From contig CAXXVZ010000002.1 in the NCBI GenBank assembly GCA_963678065.2, positions 640,001-704,000 of the forward strand: DNA of 64,000 bases. Reading direction: 5' to 3'. The notes under the pieces are model-generated. The model was not told the DNA's origin. It was given only the letters and a program-made list of their open reading frames with translations, and did not search any database. Numbering within the stretch: position 1 is the first letter of the stretch; each line of letters begins with the position of its first letter. Positions 17,577 through 27,348 of the stretch are shown here, in pieces. This stretch comes from Treponemataceae bacterium. Its GTDB lineage: Bacteria > Spirochaetota > Spirochaetia > Treponematales > Rectinemataceae. Made by a program: the position numbers and the translations under genes.

Positions 17577-19654
17577 CTTTCGCCCTCGGCGCTGCCGGTG
17601 ATCCCGGCCAGCATGGCCACGATCTCGCTTTCCAGGGCCTTCACGTCGGCGGCGATATCTTCCAGCGCCCGGGGAGGCTCGTAGCAGTAGAAATGGCGGT
17701 TCATCGGTATTTCGTAGCCCACCTTGGTCTTTCCGTGGTCGATCCAGGCATCCGGCACATGGGGCAGGACTTCGCGCGCAAAGTAGGCTTCGATATTTTC
17801 CTTGAGCGGAACGTTCTCAGTATCGCGCAGATCGGCGTCGGGCTCGGGGTTGCCCCTGGCGTCGCGGCAAATTTCGGCGGTCTCGTCCTTCTCGCCCAGG
17901 GCTTCCATCACGAGCTTCAGTTCCGCCGAGGAGAGACGCAGCCCGGATTTCTGGTCGATGGCTTTAAGCTCCTTCAGGAAGGTGGTCCGGTCCCTGAAGA
18001 GTTTACCCCCGCTGACCGCGCCGAGATCGACCAGCACCGCCTTGATAGCCTCGCGCCGCTTGGTCCCAGCGTCGATCTTCTTGTCGCTCTCGGCGATCTT
18101 CTGAAATCCGCGCAGACCATCGAGGAGGGCGACCCGCTCGGCGCTGGCCTGGAAGTTCAGCCGCAGGGGCCGTTCCACTGTAATCTTGTTGTATCCAAAG
18201 TCCATGTTGTCGAAGATTTTGCTGACGATGACGCGCTTCGTAACTCCATCGACCTCAGTCGCGCGCGTTTCGTCATGTACGAAATTGCCGTAGATCCTGC
18301 TGATCTCGCCGATCTGATCCGGGCGATTTTCTTCGCCGTCGCCGATCTGGTTGCGCTTGTTCCCCAAACTCTTGCGCATCTTGACAGAGAACTCGCGCGC
18401 ATCGATCAGCTGGATCTTCCCCGCCCGTCGCTTTTCTTTCCTGTTGGTGATGATCCAGATGTAGGTCGAAATGCCGGTATTGTAGAAAAGCTGATCCGGC
18501 ATGGCGACGATAGCTTCCAGCCAGTCGTTCTCGATGATCCACTGACGGATATTCGACTCGCCGCTTCCCGCGTCGCCGGTGAAGAGCGGCGATCCGTTGA
18601 ACACGATCCCGATGCGGCTTCCTCCCTCGGCTGGAGAGCGCATTTTCGAAATCATGTGCTGCAGAAAGAGGAAAGAGCCATCGTTTATTCTGGGCAACCC
18701 GGCCCCGAAGCGCCCACCGTAGCCCAGCTTCGCCGCTTCATTTTCGATCGTCTTCTGCTGCTGTTTCCACTCCACGCCGAAGGGCGGATTGGCGAGCATG
18801 TAATCGAAGGTGGCTCCCTTGAATCCATCCTTCTCGAAGCTGCAATCGGGCTTGATGTTGTCGGAGTCCTCGCCCTTGATGAGCATATCAGCCCGGCACA
18901 CCGCGTAGGCTTCGTCGTTCAAGTCCTGACCGTACAGATGAGGCTGGGCTTCGCTGTTCAGGGTTCTGATATAGCGCTCCGCGACCGAGAGCATTCCGCC
19001 CGTGCCGCAGGCCGGATCGTAGATGGTCTTTACGACATGGCTCTTGCGCAGGTCAGTTTCAGGCGAGAGCAGGAGGTTGACCATGAGCTTTATGACTTCG
19101 CGCGGCGTGAAATGCTCTCCGGCCTCCTCGTTCGACTGCTCCGCCCCTATCCGGATGAGTTCCTCGAACACATAGCCCATCTGCATGTTGTCGATATTCC
19201 GCGGAGACAAGTCGATCCTGTCCGAAGCGAATTCCTTGATGACATTGAAGAGCAGATTCTTTTCATTCATTTTTCCGATCTGCTGCCCGAACTCGAACTT
19301 CTCGAATATCTGGCGCACATTTGGCGAAAAGGCATTGATGTAGCTGTTCAGGTTCGGGGCGACCTGATTCGGATCGTCCAGAAGCTTCCCGAAGGTAAGC
19401 CTGGACAGGTTGTAGAACGGCACTCCCGTGATCGTCCGCAACTGGGCGCTGACGATATTCTCCGACTTGCCCTTGAGTCTGTCGTATTCGGCCAGAACCG
19501 CATTCTTGGTCGATTCGAGAATGCAATCAAACCTCCGCAATATCGTCAGCGGCAGGATGACCTTGCGATATTCATTTCGTTTATATGGACCGCGGAGCAG
19601 ATTGCAGATGCTCCAGATGAAATTGGCCGTCTGGGCGTGGGTTTGCTGGGACAT
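17573..19654 (-). CDS. hsdM: type I R-M N6-adenine methyltransferase subunit
   Basis: GEHFTPREV, YDPACGTGGM, NPPF; in an operon with rhuM-hsdS-hsdR. Confidence 0.95.
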   Translation of the reverse strand: MSQQTHAQTANFIWSICNLLRGPYKRNEYRKVILPLTILRRFDCILESTKNAVLAEYDRLKGKSENIVSAQLRTITGVPFYNLSRLTFGKLLDDPNQVAPNLNSYINAFSPNVRQIFEKFEFGQQIGKMNEKNLLFNVIKEFASDRIDLSPRNIDNMQMGYVFEELIRIGAEQSNEEAGEHFTPREVIKLMVNLLLSPETDLRKSHVVKTIYDPACGTGGMLSVAERYIRTLNSEAQPHLYGQDLNDEAYAVCRADMLIKGEDSDNIKPDCSFEKDGFKGATFDYMLANPPFGVEWKQQQKTIENEAAKLGYGGRFGAGLPRINDGSFLFLQHMISKMRSPAEGGSRIGIVFNGSPLFTGDAGSGESNIRQWIIENDWLEAIVAMPDQLFYNTGISTYIWIITNRKEKRRAGKIQLIDAREFSVKMRKSLGNKRNQIGDGEENRPDQIGEISRIYGNFVHDETRATEVDGVTKRVIVSKIFDNMDFGYNKITVERPLRLNFQASAERVALLDGLRGFQKIAESDKKIDAGTKRREAIKAVLVDLGAVSGGKLFRDRTTFLKELKAIDQKSGLRLSSAELKLVMEALGEKDETAEICRDARGNPEPDADLRDTENVPLKENIEAYFAREVLPHVPDAWIDHGKTKVGYEIPMNRHFYCYEPPRALEDIAADVKALESEIVAMLAGITGSAEGER

Positions 19655-19667
19655 CGGATTATTTCCT

Positions 19668-20606
19668 TTATCGGGATTCAGTTAATTTTTTCGACTTGAT
19701 GATCGAATAGCCTGATTTTATAAGACTGACGATGTATTCCAGCTCGGAATCATCGGAAATCTGGATTTCATAATCTCCATTTCCATGATGCCCGATTCCG
19801 GAAACATCCCGGGCTACGCCCTTATGGTCGTCGAGTTCGCCTAGCGAAAGATTGATCCAGATTTTGATCGATTTTTTCTGGATCGCGATGTCGCAAAAAT
19901 TGGTAGATGAGACAAACGCGATGTACAACTTCGTAGGTCGCACCTGGATATCATCCGCGATATTGAGAATGTAGGACTTGAACTTGTCGTACAGTTCAGA
20001 AGTCGCGGGTGAGCCATTTGCCAGCTGATCGTCTTCCGAGTAGACCTTGATCTCTTTCGCTACCGTGTCGAGATCATCTGTCGGCTTGGCGATTGTCGCG
20101 ATTGATTCGGTCGCTCCCTTTGTCACCACGCGATTGAAAGAAATCGTGTTGTTGGAATACCGTCGAATCTCCCACAACTCGATCGGAAGGTCCCTGAAAT
20201 TGATCGCTTCTTTTTGATAGGTGGTAAAGGAGGGGGCAATAAAAATAACTCTTGATTGCGACCAGTCGACTTCGTTCCGCTTTAGGTTCTTCCTGGTAGA
20301 TTCATTGTACTCGAGGATAAAATCGGCCTTGTTGTTGAGCATCAAGGAAAGATACGCATAGCCTTGATCGATGACGCTGTAATTCCTGTCGCGCTTGTAT
20401 TCGATGACGATGAATGCGCGGGAATCCCCATCATAAGCCAGCGAGTCGATTCTGAACTCGCCCATCCTGAACTCGCTCCGGACAAAATCAAGCCCCAATA
20501 ATGATTTCAGATTATTTTCGCATATCGACTGGATTTCTTTTTCCAGCGTGAATGGCAGTTCCTCTATTGTCTGCAATTGGTTTTCCATCTGTCGATATAA
20601 TGCCAT
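19668..20606 (-). CDS. PD-(D/E)XK (NucS-like) nuclease + DUF5655-like domain protein
   Basis: EKEIQ...RIDSL...IEYKR; C-terminal TKLYIAF...RDVSGIGHHGNGDYE. Confidence 0.75.
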   Translation of the reverse strand: MALYRQMENQLQTIEELPFTLEKEIQSICENNLKSLLGLDFVRSEFRMGEFRIDSLAYDGDSRAFIVIEYKRDRNYSVIDQGYAYLSLMLNNKADFILEYNESTRKNLKRNEVDWSQSRVIFIAPSFTTYQKEAINFRDLPIELWEIRRYSNNTISFNRVVTKGATESIATIAKPTDDLDTVAKEIKVYSEDDQLANGSPATSELYDKFKSYILNIADDIQVRPTKLYIAFVSSTNFCDIAIQKKSIKIWINLSLGELDDHKGVARDVSGIGHHGNGDYEIQISDDSELEYIVSLIKSGYSIIKSKKLTESR

Positions 20607-20651
20607 GTTCTTTCCTCTCCATTTTCAGAAATCAGGGAATGAAAAATCAAG

Positions 20652-20757
20652 TTACAATGATGGCTTGACCTGCGACGCGGTCTGGTGTGGTTCCTGCATT
20701 GTTGTTCTTGCAGGAACCATGACAATGCCCTGAATCAGGTTGAAGCGATTAGTATAT
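20652..20757 (-). other. degenerate attC-like site
   Basis: Minus strand AATC-GCTTCAACCTG...TGGTTCCTGCA/TGCAGGAACCA...CAGGTCAAGC-CATC-ATTGTAA, directly after the stop of the upstream gene. Confidence 0.7.
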
Positions 20758-20760
20758 TTT

Positions 20761-23388
20761 CTACGCTTCCTTAATTGGTTCAATATCAAATCGTTTATGA
20801 ATTTCGTTAAATCCGAGAATTTTCGCTTTTATAATATCCCCAGATTCAATTCCCATCGTTTTTAGGCTTGTCGGGGAAAACCCTTTCCCATTTAAACCAA
20901 AAACAGTAAATACGCCATATCCCTCGACGTGTATAACTTGTGTATCAATTATGCTGCCCTTTGGATATTGCTCTTTGAGTCGTTCATAATCAATGAATGA
21001 ATCATCTTCGCTAACCCTCTTTTCCATCCAATCCTTTAGCGCAAATATATTAGAGTACTTAGGCGAAGTTTTTTCATCTAGATACTTATCATATTTGTAA
21101 TTGCTATTATCATAATACTCAAACAGGTAATTAACTACGCTTCTTGCGTTTTCCAAAATTGACTGGTGACTTAAGAAAGGAAAACTATCTTTTCTAATTA
21201 AATTATCTGCAATTTTTCGAGCTCGACTTTCATCATTATATAAGGTATCTTCAGAAATAAATGCTAAATAAAATATGTTTTGTATTAGTTCTAGATGCAT
21301 CAATCCGCCTGCAGTTATCGATACCAGCTCGCTCTCTTCTGGAATATGCTTAATTTGAGTTTCCGACACTATGCAATCTGCCAGAATGAGCTCTTGTACT
21401 TCTTTTTCAATCCTTGCCTCTGCATGACCTAAAAGCATTAGCTCTGCTTTTAGGTCACTATATCTATGATATCCCCTAGCATTTGCTGCAAATGTAGAAT
21501 CCCTATGAGCGGCAAGCCATTCAAGTATGGCTTCTCTTGCAAATGGATCCGGGAGTTCGTCATCTTTGCTCATTTTATATACATTTTTTACTCTCGAAGA
21601 TTCATCGTCATAAAACCTTTTAGTACCTTTAATAATTATCTGCATTGTTGCTAGCACGGGTATCATTTGATTTCCTGCATTCTGCCTTATTCTTACTATT
21701 GTATCCTCTAAAATGTATCCACTCTTGCAGAAATCTAGAAATATTTCCAATCCTTTTCGAATGTCTCTACCGGCTAGCCCGATAAATAAGCGTTTTGTTA
21801 AATCAGTCTGAAAAATTGATTGTAGAATTGCCTTAAGATAAATAACGACATCATCAGACTTGCATAATATTCTCATACCATTTCTAGTCGTATAATGGAA
21901 ATCTCTATGATCTTTAGAAACTTCTCTTACGACATAATCTAGTCTAGCCTGTAAAACTTGATCAAGAAATGGCGGATCGATTCTAAACATTAAATCTTTT
22001 ATCGCAGTATCAAGCGGCGGAGTTCTTCTATATTGATCGAATGTTGTATCCCTAAGCGGAAGAAAAACCATACAGTGGAACGAATTCTTAATCCAATTAG
22101 CGACATCGAACATCAACAACTGAAGGTCCCTACTACGTTTATCAGAATTATCAAGAACAATTATTGGAGATATTTTTCTCTCCGCGTAGTAATATCTTAA
22201 TAAGGCATTTAATGTCTTTATCTTATCGCTTAATAATCTTGATAAAAGATCGTATAGTTCAGACTTGTATTTTTCCGATTCTTTTCCATAAATCGATATT
22301 GGCCCTTTTTCAAAAGTCTTAATCTCATTATGGAATATTTTGAGTTGTACTTTATAATCATCAATATCTTCACCGCATTTTTCTTTAATTTGACTAATTG
22401 CCTGTTCTAATACCCAGGAATAAATAATCTCACTTGATTCAGGAGCATCATTCATATTTAAGTTGATCCATACAGTACTGGCTCTTGTGCTCTCATCTAG
22501 TGCTTTATAGTGCAAATAGTCAACGAATGTTGATTTCCCGGAACCCACACTTCCAATCAAGATGCAGACTTCATGCTTATATCTATGAATATCTTTGATG
22601 GTTTCTAGTAGTTCTACAGGCTTACCTGTATCCATAATCTTTTTTACTTCAGTAATATCAATTGCTGAAGCTCTTCTAATAATTTTTTCAATCGGATTTA
22701 CATGAGAATCTCTCTTCTTTGATTCAACGTAAGCATTTAATACGATATTTTTTCGATCTTCTTCATTTGATGGGTTATAGACATATTTGTAATCTATGGC
22801 AATGTTTGTTCCAAAGCTATTATCTCCAATTACTTCAGAGGCTGCCGCTTTACCTCCAAGTAAATACACTGGCTTAATTAGACGTCCTTTGCCTCTTATT
22901 TTTTTTAGTACTTCAGTAGCGATATTTTCAATATTTTCTTTACACGCACGTTTAATAAATTCGTAATAGCTTTTTTGAGATGCGCACATATCTTTTGCGC
23001 TAAACACTATTTCTGGTTCTTCTGTATCCCATGTTCCAATACAAGTCTTCAGATAGTTAGTGGCAACTATCAGCGAGCATGGGTTAATATTTGACGGATA
23101 AAACCCGTTTATTTCACACGCATACAATCTAGCTTCTCTATAACCGACAAGAATATCTTCCTTGGGGCTTTTCGCCTCAATTACCATAATCGGCAAACCG
23201 TTCGAAATAACTACATAGTCTGGGAAATACACCTTTCTACTACTTCCCTTGCCAATTTCCAGTTTTCGCAAATTTTCTTTTGTGCGAAAATCAGAATATT
23301 TATAACCAAGCCCTATCGGGTGAACCTGAACGAGAAGTGGCGCGATAAATTTCTGTTCAACATCACTTTCATTAGTAATTGCTTCCAC
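20761..23388 (-). CDS. HsdR N-terminal-like nuclease + P-loop NTPase + C-terminal S1-like domain; putative defence protein
   Basis: ESDVEQKF, PDYV...VIEAK; Walker A GSVGSGKST; Walker B IIVLDN; C-terminal YPKGSIIDTQVIHVEGYGVF...GDIIKAKIL; markedly AT-rich. Confidence 0.75.
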   Translation of the reverse strand: MEAITNESDVEQKFIAPLLVQVHPIGLGYKYSDFRTKENLRKLEIGKGSSRKVYFPDYVVISNGLPIMVIEAKSPKEDILVGYREARLYACEINGFYPSNINPCSLIVATNYLKTCIGTWDTEEPEIVFSAKDMCASQKSYYEFIKRACKENIENIATEVLKKIRGKGRLIKPVYLLGGKAAASEVIGDNSFGTNIAIDYKYVYNPSNEEDRKNIVLNAYVESKKRDSHVNPIEKIIRRASAIDITEVKKIMDTGKPVELLETIKDIHRYKHEVCILIGSVGSGKSTFVDYLHYKALDESTRASTVWINLNMNDAPESSEIIYSWVLEQAISQIKEKCGEDIDDYKVQLKIFHNEIKTFEKGPISIYGKESEKYKSELYDLLSRLLSDKIKTLNALLRYYYAERKISPIIVLDNSDKRSRDLQLLMFDVANWIKNSFHCMVFLPLRDTTFDQYRRTPPLDTAIKDLMFRIDPPFLDQVLQARLDYVVREVSKDHRDFHYTTRNGMRILCKSDDVVIYLKAILQSIFQTDLTKRLFIGLAGRDIRKGLEIFLDFCKSGYILEDTIVRIRQNAGNQMIPVLATMQIIIKGTKRFYDDESSRVKNVYKMSKDDELPDPFAREAILEWLAAHRDSTFAANARGYHRYSDLKAELMLLGHAEARIEKEVQELILADCIVSETQIKHIPEESELVSITAGGLMHLELIQNIFYLAFISEDTLYNDESRARKIADNLIRKDSFPFLSHQSILENARSVVNYLFEYYDNSNYKYDKYLDEKTSPKYSNIFALKDWMEKRVSEDDSFIDYERLKEQYPKGSIIDTQVIHVEGYGVFTVFGLNGKGFSPTSLKTMGIESGDIIKAKILGFNEIHKRFDIEPIKEA

Positions 23389-23428
23389 ATTGTTCTCCAG
23401 TTTTCAATTCTACTAACATGAAAAATAA

Positions 23429-23494
23429 ATCTATCGTTGATTTGACCCGCGAAGGGGCTTGCCCCCTGAGTCGGTGTCGAAATCTTTGTTCGAT
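23429..23494 (-). other. degenerate attC-like site
   Basis: Minus strand ATCGAAC-AAA-GATTTCGAC...AGGGGGC-AA-GCCCCT...GTCAAATC-AAC-GATAGAT. Confidence 0.75.
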
Positions 23495-23516
23495 GAGCTT
23501 TGGATTTGCTCACTTC

Positions 23517-26252
23517 CTATCCACTTAGCGCCTTCGAAATCCGGTAGTAACGTCTATCTAGAGCATCACGGCCGCCTTCCATAACTTCACAAACGGCCGT
23601 TCGAATCCCCTTGTCTTGGAGTGCATTGTTAGCTGATACGACAATCTGTCCAGATACGAATTCCATGTGGACGACATTGTCAGAATTGGCGTTTACGGTG
23701 ATATTTGGATTGTGTGTTACTACCACCAGTTGTCTAGATTGTTTCAGTTTCTTGAGGCCGTCGACAACGAAATTTGAGATCAGTTTGGAATCAAGATCGT
23801 CTTCAGGCTGGTCAATGATCAAAGGATTGTCATTGATTGCGAGCAATAGACCTAACATTCCAGCGGTTCGTTCACCGGCCGAACCTGACTGAATATCTTC
23901 TTCTTTCCCTTGCTTTCTGAATTTTAGGACCAACTTGTCTTCTGGTACCCATATCAATATTCGGTCTATGTCCTCTGGTGTTGTTGCCTTCAGGTAGTCG
24001 AGATGCTTCGCGAGTCTCATGTCCAAGTTCTTTTTGTCTTGTTCACTAGCAGACAAGAACTCGAGGATCGCAGCGTCTCTTTTCGCCCAACGAGAAGCCT
24101 CCGGCTCGTTGATGATTTCCGCAATCAGTCCCTTGCTTGTTCTCTTTTCGTCATCGTACACATAGAGATCGTTTGCAAATTCGCCACCTGTCTTTCGTAG
24201 GAGCTCTCGGAACGTAGCTACCGCGCCCTCAGGATCGCCCATACTATGAAGTTCAATTGTCAAAAACGGATTCTTTTGATCATCGATAGTTTTCCAACGT
24301 CCAATAACTTCCCGACGCATTCTCCGTAGATCTTGTTCTTTTCCAATGATGTCGACGTACAGGGCTCTCAGTTCATTCTGGAGTTTGGAGAGTTGCTCCT
24401 TCTGGCTTGAAATATTCGCCAATTTCTCACTAATTCCTGCTCGTCGTTGAAGCAAAGTCTCGTATGTATCTGTCCCTAGTTCCCCAATCTGGTCCGCGAT
24501 GCCGTCGTATGATGACTTTGCGTTCATGTAGTCTACGAACCAGTTCAAGGTCTTTGTCAAAGCGTCAAGATTCTCGCCATAAGGCCGAAGAACCTCTTCG
24601 GCTTCTAAAAGCTTTGCCTTAGCCGATTGCAGAGCAGCGTTCAATGTCTCTACGAACTCGAGCGAATCTCCAGTGATTGTGTCGAGAATATTTTCAGGAA
24701 TTTCAACTCGAGGTACTGCATTTTCAAAGATCAATAGCTGATCAATGAAACTCGAGACATCGGTCGATATATCAGAAAAGAATCTACTAGTTTCGGACAG
24801 CTTATTGAACTTTTCCAGAATTTCCTTAAACTCTGAACTCTCAAAGAGAGCTATCCTATTGTTCGTCTGTTTGAGTTGTGCGGAAATATTTGGTTCTTCG
24901 GAGATGGCGTTATGGAGTTGCCTTCGGGCGGCGCGACCGGCCAGCCAACGTTCAATTAATTGATTTTGCTCGGCAGACCACAGAGCCTTGTCAAACTGAG
25001 AATCAATAAGTTCGAGCAACTTCTGAGGATCACCAGTAACTGAATAGAGTTCTTTCTGCGAGAATATCTGAATAGGGAAAAGTTCCTTAATGTTCGATAC
25101 TGAAGTTACTGCACTCCATGTAGATGAATCATGTTCCCGTTCTTCCAATGTGTGAAGGTAGTTGTGCCATCGAATACGATGGACTTTTGCATCCTTGACA
25201 ATTTCGACGACTATTTCAGTTGCCGGCCTGAGCATTCCCGGGCTGTCTTTCTTTCCCAATGAATAGAACTTTCTAAATTCTCCATCAATTTCCTCAGGCA
25301 TTTCATCAATACGGTTCATCGCGATCCTCAAGTAGTTGAGGACCGACGATTCCCCTGAGCCACGGCCGCCAATTATCGAAGTGAGCCATGGGCTAAACTC
25401 CGCCGACATCGGAGTGCCATTTCCGGCTTTGTAGCCATTAACTATCGAGACTGATTTGATGAAATAACGGGATAGAATCTGATTTGGGTCATTTTTTGTC
25501 ACCTCATGTCGAATCAAACCATCGTCACCATCATGAAGTGCCAATTTTAGCGCATCAAGCGATGGAGACCCCATTTTCACCCATGTAAATCTTGAGCCAA
25601 CCTGATCGGCGATATGACTATCCGATCCAATTATTTCCGAAAGACTTAGTTTGCTTTGGACATAGATGTCGGGCTTGAGAACCGAAGGATCAATCACTTC
25701 GATGGCCAATAGTCCCTCAACAGCAAGAGATTGCTTGAGAGTGTTCCCGTCTTCCTTTGTAAAGAGCCCGCATGGTCCGTCCACATGCGCGGGTACAGCT
25801 ATACCACCAGCTAGATGGATTTTTTGGATAACCTCTACAACAGTTTTATTGGTCACCGCGTCAGAAGTTCCAAATTGATCTGAAGGAAATCCAACCGATC
25901 CCAGAAGGGCATGGACTTTCTTTGTATCTGCAGTAGGGTCGAAGATAGCAAGTAAATGTGTATTTCCGGAGGCAGAAATCTCAACGCCAGGAAACAGCCA
26001 TAGTTTTCGATAGCCCTTCGCCTTTTCTTCTTCCAATTCCCAAAGTGCACGTTTTAGAATGTCAATCCAGTCGCCGGTGTTGTGATCGGTTATGGCGACA
26101 CAGTCTATTTCCTGAGCCATGTACATTAGTAGCCAGTCTTTGGCGGAGATGTTCTTGTACGCGGCGTCGCCTTTTCCAAAATCTTTCGAAGCAGGCGTGT
26201 GATTGTGAAAGTCGAACTTCCACCAAAGGGCACCATGAATCAGATGTTTCAC
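23517..26252 (-). CDS. PHP phosphoesterase + SMC/ABC-type ATPase (TrlF/Ppl-like anti-phage protein)
   Basis: DFHNHTPAS, ITDHN, PGVEI, PAHVD, GSDSH; Walker A GGRGSGESS; signature GSAGER; IIDQPEDDLD; VVTHN. Confidence 0.88.
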   Translation of the reverse strand: MKHLIHGALWWKFDFHNHTPASKDFGKGDAAYKNISAKDWLLMYMAQEIDCVAITDHNTGDWIDILKRALWELEEEKAKGYRKLWLFPGVEISASGNTHLLAIFDPTADTKKVHALLGSVGFPSDQFGTSDAVTNKTVVEVIQKIHLAGGIAVPAHVDGPCGLFTKEDGNTLKQSLAVEGLLAIEVIDPSVLKPDIYVQSKLSLSEIIGSDSHIADQVGSRFTWVKMGSPSLDALKLALHDGDDGLIRHEVTKNDPNQILSRYFIKSVSIVNGYKAGNGTPMSAEFSPWLTSIIGGRGSGESSVLNYLRIAMNRIDEMPEEIDGEFRKFYSLGKKDSPGMLRPATEIVVEIVKDAKVHRIRWHNYLHTLEEREHDSSTWSAVTSVSNIKELFPIQIFSQKELYSVTGDPQKLLELIDSQFDKALWSAEQNQLIERWLAGRAARRQLHNAISEEPNISAQLKQTNNRIALFESSEFKEILEKFNKLSETSRFFSDISTDVSSFIDQLLIFENAVPRVEIPENILDTITGDSLEFVETLNAALQSAKAKLLEAEEVLRPYGENLDALTKTLNWFVDYMNAKSSYDGIADQIGELGTDTYETLLQRRAGISEKLANISSQKEQLSKLQNELRALYVDIIGKEQDLRRMRREVIGRWKTIDDQKNPFLTIELHSMGDPEGAVATFRELLRKTGGEFANDLYVYDDEKRTSKGLIAEIINEPEASRWAKRDAAILEFLSASEQDKKNLDMRLAKHLDYLKATTPEDIDRILIWVPEDKLVLKFRKQGKEEDIQSGSAGERTAGMLGLLLAINDNPLIIDQPEDDLDSKLISNFVVDGLKKLKQSRQLVVVTHNPNITVNANSDNVVHMEFVSGQIVVSANNALQDKGIRTAVCEVMEGGRDALDRRYYRISKALSG

Positions 26253-26301
26253 GCCTTGATCTCCTATTTCAACATATTAGCTGCGTGCGCCACAGGCGTC
26301 C

Positions 26302-26321
26302 ACCTAACGCCATGTTCAACC
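26302..26321 (-). other. attC 3' half or attI-like core (GTTAGGT)
   Basis: Minus strand GGTTGAAC-ATGGC-GTTAGGT-GGACGC, ~50 nt before the Ppl-like start. Confidence 0.55.
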
Positions 26322-26436
26322 GATCCTCACAAGATGATTCTTCAGATAAAACACTAACAGGATTTCTATCTGAACCATATAGCTTGTTCTATATCATAGA
26401 CATTCTATCTGGCACGATCTAAAGATCACCGCATCC

Positions 26437-26464
26437 ATTATACCCGCCGACACCGGGTTTGCAA
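26437..26464 (-). promoter_or_regulatory. sigma70-like promoter pointing into the cassette/defence array
   Basis: TTGCAA-16-TATAAT; homologous to the pemK promoter at 31213-31240. Confidence 0.55.
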
Positions 26465-26568
26465 TAATTATTCACAACAAAACCACTTCCCCGTTTTTCA
26501 TGACAGCAAAACAGAAAGAACCACCCATTACCCCAGCCAACCATCCGGCATATCCCGGTTCCTTACGA

Positions 26569-26597
26569 TTGACACCCCCTCCCCGCCCTTCTATCTT
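26569..26597 (+). promoter_or_regulatory. sigma70-like promoter of the HAD gene copy
   Basis: TTGACA-17-TATCTT; related sequence at 49822-49850. Confidence 0.55.
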
Positions 26598-26657
26598 TCA
26601 CCTTCAGCCACAGCCGCTCCCGCGCTGCTGCGCAGGCATAAGCAAACCGGAGGACAG

Positions 26658-27348
26658 TTGAAACCCTACAAAGTTCTCTTTCTCGACGCGGACGACACCC
26701 TCTTTGACTTCCGCGTGGCCGAGACGCAGGCTTTCGAGCGCTCCTTCGCGGAGTTCGATCTGGTCGCGGCGCCGGATGTCGTAGACACTAGGCGCCTACG
26801 GGCTCATCAACAAGGCGCTGTGGAAGAAGCTGGAGCGGGGCGAGACGACGCAGGAGCGGCTGAAGGTGGAGCGTTTCGAGCTTCTGTTCCGACAGGTCGG
26901 GATCGACGTCGATCCGGTCGATTTCTGCGAGACCTTCGTGCGCTGGCTCGGCGCGGGCACCTTTCTCCTTCCGGGGGCGCGGGAACTCTGCGAGTACTTG
27001 AGCGCGCGCTACAGGCTCGCCATCGTCACGAACGGGATCGCGCAGGTGCAGCGCGCGAGATTCGAGGCCTCGTCGATACGCGGTTTCGTCGACGCGATCG
27101 TGATCTCCGAAGAAGTGAAGTGCTCCAAGCCCGGCGTCGGGATTTTCGAACACGCCTGCGCGGCCATGGGCTTCTTCGACAAGGGCGGCATTTTGATGAT
27201 CGGCGACTCGCTCGCCTCCGACATCCAGGGCGGCGTCAATTTCGGGATCGACACCTGCTGGCTCAACCCCTCGCGCTCGCCCCGCCCGGGCGATCCCGCG
27301 CCCACATGGGAAGCGCACAGCCTGGCGGAGATCGGGCGGCTTCTGTAA
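26658..27348 (+). pseudogene. frameshifted YjjG-family HAD nucleotidase, paralogue of 49933-50616
   Basis: FLDADDTLFDF start, 7-nt insertion near 26785, remainder in another frame (GDSLASDIQGG). Confidence 0.88.

Noticed and set aside
26658..26866. Programmed frameshift in the HAD copy
   Set aside because: No slippery motif; a 7-nt insertion explains it and an intact paralogue exists.
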